In this document: positions 19,321-27,770 of the stretch, piece by piece
How the letters are laid out: the number at the start of each line of letters is the position of its first letter
Numbering within the stretch: position 1 is the stretch's first letter
Assembly: GCA_001778595.1 (NCBI GenBank)
Contig: MFHL01000004.1
Location: 9,235-48,598, forward strand
Direction: 5' to 3'
From: Candidatus Giovannonibacteria bacterium RIFCSPHIGHO2_02_FULL_44_11
GTDB taxonomy: Bacteria > Patescibacteriota > Minisyncoccia > UBA11713 > 2-01-FULL-45-33
DNA: 39,364 bases
Translations under genes and position numbers: made by a program
Notes under the pieces: generated by a model
Told to the model about the DNA's origin: nothing
Database searches by the model: none
What the model saw: the letters and a program-made list of their open reading frames with translations, nothing else

Positions 19321-19357
19321 GTGTTTAGTATATTATTTTTCTATAAATACGCAACAC

Positions 19358-19385
19358 TTGACAATATTCATATGCCTGCTATAGT
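19358..19385 (+). promoter_or_regulatory. Sigma70-type promoter
   Basis: TTGACA-N16-TATAGT with extended TG. Confidence 0.7.
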
Positions 19386-19423
19386 ACAGCTCGGAATTTG
19401 AAAACGAAAGGATGGGCTGAAAA

Positions 19424-20479
19424 ATGGGGAAAAAGGCTTTTCTGGTCGCCAATGACTTTGGCGAGTCGGCGTGTATAGAAAAAATCGACGCAGAGCTGAA
19501 GAATCAGGGATATGAAACAGTTAAAGTTTTAGGAAAAGGCAAAAATCTCACGCTAACGTATGAGATGGTAAAGCAAGCATCGGAAGCAGGCATATTGATT
19601 ACTGCAATTTCTGAATTCCACGAAACAGAAGTAAAGCTCGCGGTTGCTGTACGAAAGGCAAGACCAGATATGCCGATTGTTGTCTATGCGCCGGGGTGGT
19701 ACGCCTTCCGTATTAAAGGCGCGATTGCGCTTCGCGGTATCGCCGACCTGCTTTTGGTCAGTAATCAAAGAGAAGTCTCGGAAGCCGAGACGCTATACCC
19801 AAGAGCCAAAAAAGTTGCTGCGGTAGGAAATCTTTTGCATGAAGAGTTTTACCCTTCGTGTTCAGTAGCAGAAGCTCGGCAAAAAGCGGTGGTGGAAAAT
19901 GATCGGGCGCTGATCTTCATACCGGGCGATAAAGGCCCGCGGATCAATCTGCCGCTATTTGAATCCGTAGTTGCAGCTGCTCATCGTGAAAGAATCCAAA
20001 AACATAAACCTGTTGTTGCGATAGGCATCCATCCGGGAGATAATACTTACCTTCCCGACATGTATCAGAATCTTTCCGATAAAGACGTTCCCGTAAAGAT
20101 TTTCACCCGCGATATTTTACCGTCGGCAACACTAGTATTAGCCTGCGACCTGCTGGTCACAGCCCTGTCAACGCTTGCAGTAGCCGCGGCTTTCCAAAGA
20201 AAACCGGTAATTGGTTTTTACTGCGAAAATTTGCTGGCCGATACAGAAGCTGTGCAAGGAAGCAGGGTAATTAATTGGGAGCTGGAAAACAACGGAGCAG
20301 CCTTGGTGGTGCACAAAGAATCGGTTGATCTTTTAGAGAAAACTATGGCTGTGCTTTTGCAAACGGATAGTTTGCCCGCAAAACAAATGAAAATAAACCA
20401 AATGCAAAATTATCCGGAACCTCCCGTTCCTGGCTCAACGGCAAAAAAAGCGGTTGAACTTATCAAATTACTCGGCTAA
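19424..20479 (+). CDS. GT-B fold protein of unknown function
   Basis: FLVANDFGE, AVGN, GIHPGD, ACDLLVTALSTLAVAAAFQRKPVI resemble a GT-B nucleotide-binding domain. Has its own promoter, SD and terminator. Confidence 0.65.
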   Translation: MGKKAFLVANDFGESACIEKIDAELKNQGYETVKVLGKGKNLTLTYEMVKQASEAGILITAISEFHETEVKLAVAVRKARPDMPIVVYAPGWYAFRIKGAIALRGIADLLLVSNQREVSEAETLYPRAKKVAAVGNLLHEEFYPSCSVAEARQKAVVENDRALIFIPGDKGPRINLPLFESVVAAAHRERIQKHKPVVAIGIHPGDNTYLPDMYQNLSDKDVPVKIFTRDILPSATLVLACDLLVTALSTLAVAAAFQRKPVIGFYCENLLADTEAVQGSRVINWELENNGAALVVHKESVDLLEKTMAVLLQTDSLPAKQMKINQMQNYPEPPVPGSTAKKAVELIKLLG

Positions 20480-20503
20480 CCGCAACAGGTTAGCCGTTTT
20501 TTT
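20473..20503 (+). terminator. Intrinsic terminator
   Basis: CGGCTAACC-GCAACA-GGTTAGCCG followed by T7. Confidence 0.85.
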
Positions 20504-20513
20504 ATTGTTTAAA

Positions 20514-21842
20514 TTAAGTAAGCCTTTTAAAATCGGAGTGGGCTACGGGCCCGCGGAGAAATTTCTTAGGATTGCCGGAGTCTAATGCGTGCTTTATATT
20601 TCCAAAAGCAATATCAACCGCCTTTGCATATAACCTGAAATGGCGGGATTTGTGTGCATATGAAGAAAATAACAGAGTGGAAGCAAGAAATCCCCTGTCA
20701 AGCATCTCCTGCACGAATAATGTCTTTAAAATCTGGCTTTTGCCCTCATAATCAAATACGAAACTGCTCAAAGGAAGCGAACCTGCAAGAGCAATTTTAA
20801 GGCCGTGTTTTTTTGCCGAATTCTGCCATATATCCCTGACTGTTCGCCCGGCCCAAGCCAAATGCTTAACAACATTGAGTTTCTTCATTTTTTTAATGGT
20901 AGCAAGCGCAGCAACCGGCCCGATACGCTCAGTCCAATAAGTACTGGAAATAAATGTATCCTGTGCAGACTGCATCACATCTTTTTTGCCGATAACCGCG
21001 GCCATTGGATATCCGTTGCTCATTGCCTTGGCAAAGATCGCAACATCCGGATTTACACCGTATTTCAGATGAGCTCCGCCAAAAACAAGCTTCCATCCGA
21101 TCGTTATTTCATCAAAAATCAATACGGCATCAATTTCATTTGCTATTTTCCGCACGCTCTCAAGAAACCCTTTTTGAGGCTCCTGTCCTTTCATAGGCTC
21201 CATAATTATAACTCCTATATCCTTATGAGAAGCGATAATTTTTTTTAATTCATCAATCTTGTTGTAATGAAACGGGAACATCAAACCCTGCAAGCCTCTC
21301 GGTACGCCTTTTGGCTCCAATCCGGGAAGCAAATGTCCGTCCAAATTCTTTTTCTTTGCCAAATTCGCAGACAAATACCAATCGTGCCACCCATGATAGC
21401 CGCAAAACGCGACCTTATCTCTTCCGGTATACGCGCGTGCGATGCGGACGGCAATTGATGCCGCCTCGCCTCCGCTCCTGGCATAGCGAACCATTCCGGC
21501 CCACGGATGGATACGTAAAAGCAATTCAGCTAATTCAACTTCTTCCGGCGAGTTAAGAGTACTCATTGATCCTTCTTTGATAGCCCGTGAGACCGCCTTA
21601 TTTACATCCGGGTCCGCGTAACCGAGCACACAGCTTCCAATCCCCATTATCGACATATCAATAAATCTATTTCCGTCCAAATCACAAATCTCCGCTCCTC
21701 TGGCTTTACGGTAATACGAAGGCCATCCGTCGGGTAAAAACATTTCGGAACGCTTGGAAAGAAGCTGATTTCCTCCGGGAATTATTTTTTTTGCTTTATT
21801 CCACAATGCTACCCCTTTTTTTGTGCTGATCTTTTTTTTCAT
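20514..21842 (-). CDS. Class III PLP aminotransferase (glutamate-1-semialdehyde aminomutase-like)
   Basis: IPGGNQLLSKR, DLDGNRFID, RSGGEA, GYHGWHDW, LIFDEI, FAKAMSNGYP. Confidence 0.9.
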   Translation of the reverse strand: MKKKISTKKGVALWNKAKKIIPGGNQLLSKRSEMFLPDGWPSYYRKARGAEICDLDGNRFIDMSIMGIGSCVLGYADPDVNKAVSRAIKEGSMSTLNSPEEVELAELLLRIHPWAGMVRYARSGGEAASIAVRIARAYTGRDKVAFCGYHGWHDWYLSANLAKKKNLDGHLLPGLEPKGVPRGLQGLMFPFHYNKIDELKKIIASHKDIGVIIMEPMKGQEPQKGFLESVRKIANEIDAVLIFDEITIGWKLVFGGAHLKYGVNPDVAIFAKAMSNGYPMAAVIGKKDVMQSAQDTFISSTYWTERIGPVAALATIKKMKKLNVVKHLAWAGRTVRDIWQNSAKKHGLKIALAGSLPLSSFVFDYEGKSQILKTLFVQEMLDRGFLASTLLFSSYAHKSRHFRLYAKAVDIAFGNIKHALDSGNPKKFLRGPVAHSDFKRLT

Positions 21843-22816
21843 ACTTGTTTTGGTTTATAATAATAAGCAGCTAATAAAACTTTTAAAACGTGTTTCGCCG
21901 CAGACAAATCCTGAGCCGGCTTCGAGCGATTTTTGGCACATCCCAGGAAATGTCTGATTTCTTCTACAAACATATGATTTAATTCTTGAACACCGCGGAA
22001 TAATAATACATTTTTTTTCTCGTCTTCAAAATATAAAGTATTATTCGCCACATCAAGTGCCAAAATTCCTTTTTCAGTTATCACTTCTATCCGGCTATTT
22101 GATTTCCGGCTGACATAATCAGTCACTATGGCGCTTATTACTCCGTTTTCATGCTCAAGCCCTATAATAGCCGCCTCTTCGCTTTTGATGTCCAGCACAT
22201 GCGCGGTCCGCTTGAGCGCCGTCACATACTTTGTTTTTCCAAAAAAATTCTCTAAATAGTCTACTCCATGCGCACCGGAATCAATAATTACCCCTCCTCC
22301 CTTTGTGCCCGCGGCGTATATTTTTTTGTAATTGACGTTTTTTCGAGCCGTAGGCAAATAATACCCACCGAACACACGAGACAAAATCGGCTTTCCGTAT
22401 TCATTACCGTCCAAAACTTCTTTTAGCTTTTTAAATCCTTCATGAAACCGCCAATTGCACGCAACCATTACTGTCCTTTTTTTCTTTTTAGCTTTTTTCA
22501 GCAAAGCATCTACACCGGCTAAATTGTGTGAAAGCGGTTTTTCTATGAAAACATGCGCACCATAGTCCAGCGCAAGGCTTGCCGTCGGGACATGAAGATG
22601 TGTGGGATTACAAACAAAAACCACATCCGGCGTCTCTGCTTTTAAGGCTATTTTAACATTTTTATACAAAGCAAAATTACCAAGCTCGGCAACGGTTTTT
22701 AGCTTTTTTTCATTAGGCTCACAAACAGCCAAATTTTTATAACCCAGCTTAAGCAGATTTTTTAGGTGCCTCGTCCCGATAGACCCCGCCCCGATAATTA
22801 AGATTTTATAACTCAT
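21839..22816 (-). CDS. Gfo/Idh/MocA family oxidoreductase
   Basis: IIGAGSIGTRH, CNPTHLH, FIEKP, GGGVIIDSGAHGVD. Confidence 0.92.
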   Translation of the reverse strand: MSYKILIIGAGSIGTRHLKNLLKLGYKNLAVCEPNEKKLKTVAELGNFALYKNVKIALKAETPDVVFVCNPTHLHVPTASLALDYGAHVFIEKPLSHNLAGVDALLKKAKKKKRTVMVACNWRFHEGFKKLKEVLDGNEYGKPILSRVFGGYYLPTARKNVNYKKIYAAGTKGGGVIIDSGAHGVDYLENFFGKTKYVTALKRTAHVLDIKSEEAAIIGLEHENGVISAIVTDYVSRKSNSRIEVITEKGILALDVANNTLYFEDEKKNVLLFRGVQELNHMFVEEIRHFLGCAKNRSKPAQDLSAAKHVLKVLLAAYYYKPKQV

Positions 22817-22881
22817 TATACGTATAACTCTATCACAAAAAAAATTGTTGCGCTTATTTGTTGAGTTCGCATTGCAAAACC

Positions 22882-22910
22882 TTGACGAAATAGGGGTATT
22901 GTGCTAACAT
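22882..22910 (+). promoter_or_regulatory. Sigma70-type promoter
   Basis: TTGACG-N17-TAACAT with extended TG. Confidence 0.6.
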
Positions 22911-22953
22911 CAGCTTAGAAAATTCGGGTTGAAAACAGAAAGGAATAAAAAAT

Positions 22954-24078
22954 ATGCTGGACGAAATTGCCCAAATTTGGTGGGTGCCAATTTTACTCTA
23001 CGCACTACTGGTATACGGGCCCATGCGGGCTTACCAAAAGCACGTATCCGGGCTACAACGCACAAAGCGAAGCTATCTGATATTTCTCTGCTGTTTTAGC
23101 ATCGCAGCCATTTACGGCGTATTTGTGAATCAAGGCGCACTGCCGACTTTTGTCTGGCCGATGGTCCTCGTCGGCATAGCCAACGGCGTGGCAAGTTACT
23201 ATCATTGGAAATCCATGGATATTTCTCTCGTGAAAAATTCTATGCTTACCTTCGGTGACGATATTATACCGATGGCGCTGTCTTATTTTATCCTCAACGA
23301 AGCAAAGTATTTATTAGGAAATTCCTGGATGATTAGCGGCATAAGTTTTTCTGTCATCGCCCTCATGCTCTTCGCTTGGCACGAATATCAACGCGGAGAA
23401 AAGATGAGTTTCTATATCTATCTCGGCATATATAGCGTGCTCTGGGGCGGAGTTGCATTCGCTGAACACTACTATTCGTTTAAAGGATTGCCTCTGGACC
23501 AATTTTTGTTTTCTTGGTACGGCAGTTCGTTTGTCACGGCCACGCTACTGCTACTTTTTGTAAAAGAGCGGGACAAAAAACAAAAATACGAACACAGAAA
23601 AGACGTCTGTTGGGCAACGGTCTACATCGCCGGAAGCGTGCTGGGGCTAGTTCTAGGCATGGCGATAGGATTTCATCTTTATGGCCAAATCGTGGATATT
23701 TCTCAAAATATGTTTGTTTTATGTTTTGGTGCCGGCGGACTTTATCTCGGTTCTTTGTTTATTCGCACGGCGTATGCATGTTTTGGAAATTCGTATCTCA
23801 ACGAGCTTGGCAAACAAGGCCAGTTAGCCAAGAAAGATATTGTTCATATGGCAATCTTTGCGCTTGGGATTCTGCTCTCACTTAGAATTGCTTATTGGGC
23901 GCTTTCTTTCCCGCAAGTGGTCGCTCAGCCATATTTCATGGCGGGCGAAGCAATTATCCCCGCGCTTATGGGGATTTACTACTGGAAGGAGCTCGAAGCA
24001 AAACCGTTTGATAAAGATGAGTGGGCATATGTGGCACTGGCCCTGCTCGGACTTGCGTGCATTTTTATCGGATACTAA
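22954..24078 (+). CDS. Polytopic membrane protein, possibly EamA/DMT-like
   Basis: About 10-12 hydrophobic segments; ALSYFILNE and ALMGIYYWKE recall the duplicated DMT motif. Confidence 0.6.
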   Translation: MLDEIAQIWWVPILLYALLVYGPMRAYQKHVSGLQRTKRSYLIFLCCFSIAAIYGVFVNQGALPTFVWPMVLVGIANGVASYYHWKSMDISLVKNSMLTFGDDIIPMALSYFILNEAKYLLGNSWMISGISFSVIALMLFAWHEYQRGEKMSFYIYLGIYSVLWGGVAFAEHYYSFKGLPLDQFLFSWYGSSFVTATLLLLFVKERDKKQKYEHRKDVCWATVYIAGSVLGLVLGMAIGFHLYGQIVDISQNMFVLCFGAGGLYLGSLFIRTAYACFGNSYLNELGKQGQLAKKDIVHMAIFALGILLSLRIAYWALSFPQVVAQPYFMAGEAIIPALMGIYYWKELEAKPFDKDEWAYVALALLGLACIFIGY

Positions 24079-24106
24079 CTTACATGCCAAAAAGGAGGCA
24101 AAAACT

Positions 24107-24535
24107 ATGAGACCAAGCGACACGCTGACAGAAACACAGCGCAAAACGGCGATAGATAGAGCGGCATTCACCCTTAAGCAACTATCGGAAATTCCGAGTT
24201 TGAAAGAGTTAAGAGCAGACCAAGTACTCGCGAGCAAGAAAGATAACTGGCGGGATACTTTGAAAATTTTGGGAGCGTTTGGGTTTGGAGGAAAATCCTT
24301 TGATACAAAAACGCTTCTCCTAACTCAAAACGGGATTGTTGAACACCATGAACACACCGATGGATATAAAACCGGAGGGCATCCAATGGCCCCTATAGGC
24401 GCAAGCTACGGAATAACAAGATTGATCCGCCATAAAATCGTAGTCGAAGAAAAATTTAAAGAAATCGTTGAAACATACAATCTTGATGACTCAACTCTTG
24501 AAAATCTGCTAAGACGCTTTGAAAAGTTAACATAA
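24107..24535 (+). CDS. Hypothetical protein (142 aa)
   Basis: AAGGAGG at 24092-24098 precedes ATG 24107 (MRPSDT); followed by a terminator. The track start at 23840 overlaps the upstream gene. Confidence 0.7.
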   Translation: MRPSDTLTETQRKTAIDRAAFTLKQLSEIPSLKELRADQVLASKKDNWRDTLKILGAFGFGGKSFDTKTLLLTQNGIVEHHEHTDGYKTGGHPMAPIGASYGITRLIRHKIVVEEKFKEIVETYNLDDSTLENLLRRFEKLT

Positions 24536-24544
24536 CAACAGCAC

Positions 24545-24574
24545 AAAACAAGGCCCGCGCGCCTTGTTTTTTTT
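24545..24574 (+). terminator. Intrinsic terminator (possibly bidirectional)
   Basis: AAAACAAGGC-CCGCGC-GCCTTGTTTT-TTTT between convergent genes. Confidence 0.8.
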
Positions 24575-24589
24575 ATTTCGTAAATTCGT

Positions 24590-25579
24590 TTATACTTTTC
24601 TGGTTACAATCCATAAATGCGAAGAAAGATTGTTTTCCGCCAGAAAGCATTGAAATATTTCGCCTTTGGTTTCCCATTGGTCAATTAAAGTATTCCTCAA
24701 AAATGGACTTTTTGAAATATCCAATTTGCCTGCTAAAATTTTTTCCCTCACAATTTCGGCATCGAGTTTTCCCGGCGTTAAAACTTCAACAACCTCAAAA
24801 CCGCAAACTTCCAACAAACGGCTTAGAGAATCCGGATGAAAATAATTAAGATGATTGGGCCCCTCAATATTATCCGATAGCTCCCCTAAAGTCAGCAGGT
24901 CAAAACCTTTAATATTTGGGGTTGTAAGAATAAAAACACCGCCCTTGGAAAGTATCTTGCTACACGCAAATAAAAAATCTTTTGGCCAAAAAAGATGTTC
25001 AATTAATTCGAAGTTTGTAATAACGTTTGCACCGCTTAACTTTGCGTCTTCTATCGTGCTCTCAATAACTTCAAGGCCCTTTCTACGGCAAGTTTCCGCT
25101 AAATCCGGCGAAGGCTCAATAACAACAGCTCTTTTGAATACATTCAATTTGTTGATTTCTTCCATAAAAGTCCCGAAACCGGCCCCGATGTCTACAATAG
25201 TATCCGTAGTAACTCCGAATTTCTTGCACAATTCAATAACTTTTTTTGCCCGAGGAACGAATATTTGCTCGCGGCGTGTGTTTTCAGAAGCCGGGAAAAT
25301 ATTATCATTCCAATATTTAATGCTCTTCGATGCCGTATAATATTCCGACAGCATATCCCTAGTCGGCCGCGGGTTAATGAATAAAGTTGAGCATTTAGCG
25401 CATTCGTTAAAATTAAAACCTTCTTTCGAAAATTTAAACCGATTTTCATCTGACTCACACGCCGGACATGGTATTTTTACAAATTCATTCTTTCGTTCCA
25501 TTAAATGTTTAATATCCTCGGCGCGCAGTCTTTTTTCTTCAAGCATATTTTTTTTTGGGCGTATATCTTCTTCTTTCAT
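24590..25579 (-). CDS. Class I SAM-dependent methyltransferase with N-terminal Cys pairs
   Basis: CPAC..CAKC, VDIGAGFG, FELIEHL, LTTPN, PNHLNYF. Confidence 0.9.
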   Translation of the reverse strand: MKEEDIRPKKNMLEEKRLRAEDIKHLMERKNEFVKIPCPACESDENRFKFSKEGFNFNECAKCSTLFINPRPTRDMLSEYYTASKSIKYWNDNIFPASENTRREQIFVPRAKKVIELCKKFGVTTDTIVDIGAGFGTFMEEINKLNVFKRAVVIEPSPDLAETCRRKGLEVIESTIEDAKLSGANVITNFELIEHLFWPKDFLFACSKILSKGGVFILTTPNIKGFDLLTLGELSDNIEGPNHLNYFHPDSLSRLLEVCGFEVVEVLTPGKLDAEIVREKILAGKLDISKSPFLRNTLIDQWETKGEIFQCFLAENNLSSHLWIVTRKV

Positions 25580-26712
25580 GTCAATTCGTTTACTTTTTGG
25601 ATTACAAAATCCTGATCTTTTTCAGTTAAGTCCGGGAAAATCGGTATGGAAATTTCAGATTCGTAGAACACTTCGGCTTTCGGACAAAGCCCCGCTTTGT
25701 AGCCAAGTTTTTGATAATAAGGGTGCAAATATACGGGAATGTAATGGACCTGAACTCCGATGCCCGCGTCGCGCAGTTTTTTAAAAATTTCCGCGCGCTT
25801 GCCCGCGTCCTTGAGGCGCAGAGGATACAAGTGCCAACTCGAAGATGCGCCTTCATATTCTTTCGGCAAAATTAAATTTTTATTTCCGGCGAACGCTTCG
25901 CCGTACCGCACAGCTATTTTTTTCCGCGCTTCAATGAATTTATCCAGTTTTTTTAACTGCGACACCCCTAAAGCGGCCTGAATATCCGTCATACGGTAAT
26001 TGTGGGCCAGCGCCTGCATCTCATAATACCAATCGCCTTCCGGTTTTTTTGTTAAATTATCTTTTGTGATGCCATGGCCGCGGTAAAGCAGTAGTTTTTC
26101 GTAAAAATCTTTCCGGCCGGTTAAAATTGCGCCTCCCTCGCCCGTCGCAATAGATTTTACGGGGTGAAAACTCAACATCGTCATATCGGCAATACTTCCC
26201 ACTTTTTTTACTTGCCTTGAGCCCGTCGAAAGGTATTCTGCCCCCAAAGCGTGTGCGGCGTCCTCTATTAATAACAATTTATGTTTTTCAGCCAAAGCTT
26301 TAAGTTCGTCCAGCCGCACGGGAAGACCAGAATAGTCAACCGGAACAATTGCTTTGGTTTTAGGCGTAATTTTTTTCTCAACTTCATTGGGATCAATATT
26401 CCCTGAATCCGCCTCAATGTCCGCGAAAACAACTTTTGCGCCCTGCCACAAAGCCGCGTTCGCTGTCGCCGCGAAAGTTAAAGAAGTTGTTATGACTTCA
26501 TCGTCCTTTTTTAAATCCGCGGCAAAATAAGCCGCCTCCAGAGCAGCCGTTCCGTTTGAGAAAACAACCGCATATTCCGCGCCTGTATATTTAGCCAGAG
26601 CCTCTTCAAATTCGCGTACTTCCGGACCCTGCGTCAGCCAGTCGGATTTAAAAACACCAAAAACAGCTTCTACATCATCATCACCAATTGATTGGTGGCT
26701 ATAAGGTATCAT
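25576..26712 (-). CDS. pseC: UDP-4-amino-4,6-dideoxy-N-acetyl-beta-L-altrosamine transaminase (DegT family)
   Basis: MIPYSHQSI, WLTQGP, IEDAAHALG, SFHPVKSIATGEGG, NYRMTDIQAALG, VHYIPV; adjacent to pseB. Confidence 0.9.
   Translation of the reverse strand: MIPYSHQSIGDDDVEAVFGVFKSDWLTQGPEVREFEEALAKYTGAEYAVVFSNGTAALEAAYFAADLKKDDEVITTSLTFAATANAALWQGAKVVFADIEADSGNIDPNEVEKKITPKTKAIVPVDYSGLPVRLDELKALAEKHKLLLIEDAAHALGAEYLSTGSRQVKKVGSIADMTMLSFHPVKSIATGEGGAILTGRKDFYEKLLLYRGHGITKDNLTKKPEGDWYYEMQALAHNYRMTDIQAALGVSQLKKLDKFIEARKKIAVRYGEAFAGNKNLILPKEYEGASSSWHLYPLRLKDAGKRAEIFKKLRDAGIGVQVHYIPVYLHPYYQKLGYKAGLCPKAEVFYESEISIPIFPDLTEKDQDFVIQKVNELT
26215..26233. repeat. Short palindromic-ended insert within pseC
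   Basis: CCTT-GAGCCCGTCGA-AAGG, giving GAEY-LSTGSRQV-KKVGS where DegT proteins usually read GAxYxGKKVG. Confidence 0.55.
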
Positions 26713-27716
26713 TATGACTCAAGAACTTCTTTTGCTTTTTCTATAGGCAAAAGAAAGTCTCCGTGATTGCTCATGTAAATAGAATTGGCATTGAATAACG
26801 GTCTTGTATTGTATGAAGGAAGAACACGGGAAGTTTCTTTATTCGTGATTTCCGGCACAATAGCATAAAAGTTTCCCACATCTCTTGTTCTTTTAGCCTC
26901 GTTCTCGGTAATTAAAATTTCGTGCAGCTTCTCTCCGGGCCTAATACCAATAACATTTATGGCGCATTCTGACGCTAAAGTTTTCACTACATCTATAACC
27001 TTCAAACTTTTCATCTTGGGCACAAATATTTCTCCGCCCTCCATGCGCTCCAAAGTTTCAAAGATTACATTCATCACCTTTGAAACTTTTATCCAAAATC
27101 TTGTCATGCGGTCATCTGTAAGAGTAATCGCTCCGGTGGGACGCTGTTTTTCTATAAGCTCAACTATGCTTCCTCTACTCCCGATTACGTTCCCATATCT
27201 GACAACGCTGAACTTGGTTCCTGCTTTATTTGAATCGCTGTACGCATTTGCCGCCACCACAAGCTTTTCCGCACAAAGCTTAGTGGCTCCGTAAAGATTT
27301 ATGGGATACACCGCTTTGTCTGAAGACACAAACAGTACTTTTTCCACATTGTTGTTTAAAGCCGCGTCAACAACATTTTGAGTTCCTAAAACATTGGTTT
27401 TGATTGCCTCCAAAGGATTATATTCTATCGCAGGAACTTGCTTTAAAGCGGCCGCATGGACAACAATATCTACTCCGTTAAACGCACGGTCAAGCCTGGC
27501 GGCGTCGCGCACATCCCCTAAAAAATAGCGCATTTTATCCTCCGAATCTTTGATTTCGTTCTGCATTATGCTTTGTTTAAATTCGTCCCGGCTGAATACG
27601 ATAATCTTTTTTATTCCCGGAATAGCCAAAAGCCTTGGTATAAAAGCGTGCCCGAAAGTACCGGTCCCTCCGGTTACCAAAATCGTCTTTCCGCTTAAAA
27701 ATGATTGGTCAGACAT
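26712..27716 (-). CDS. pseB: UDP-N-acetylglucosamine 4,6-dehydratase (inverting)
   Basis: TGGTGTFG, SRDEFKQ, HAAALKQVP, YGATK, RYGNVIGSRGS, MTRFWI, GIRPGEKLHE. Confidence 0.92.
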   Translation of the reverse strand: MSDQSFLSGKTILVTGGTGTFGHAFIPRLLAIPGIKKIIVFSRDEFKQSIMQNEIKDSEDKMRYFLGDVRDAARLDRAFNGVDIVVHAAALKQVPAIEYNPLEAIKTNVLGTQNVVDAALNNNVEKVLFVSSDKAVYPINLYGATKLCAEKLVVAANAYSDSNKAGTKFSVVRYGNVIGSRGSIVELIEKQRPTGAITLTDDRMTRFWIKVSKVMNVIFETLERMEGGEIFVPKMKSLKVIDVVKTLASECAINVIGIRPGEKLHEILITENEAKRTRDVGNFYAIVPEITNKETSRVLPSYNTRPLFNANSIYMSNHGDFLLPIEKAKEVLES

Positions 27717-27770
27717 AATTATCGGTTAGTTTATAACAATTTAACTCATTTGGCAAGCAAAAGGTTTTGC

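Noticed and set aside
20514..21842. Annotation as hemL
   Set aside because: No heme pathway context; it sits in a nonulosonic-acid locus.
23840..24106. Extended start of the 231-aa plus-strand ORF
   Set aside because: It overlaps the membrane protein gene; a strong SD marks ATG 24107.
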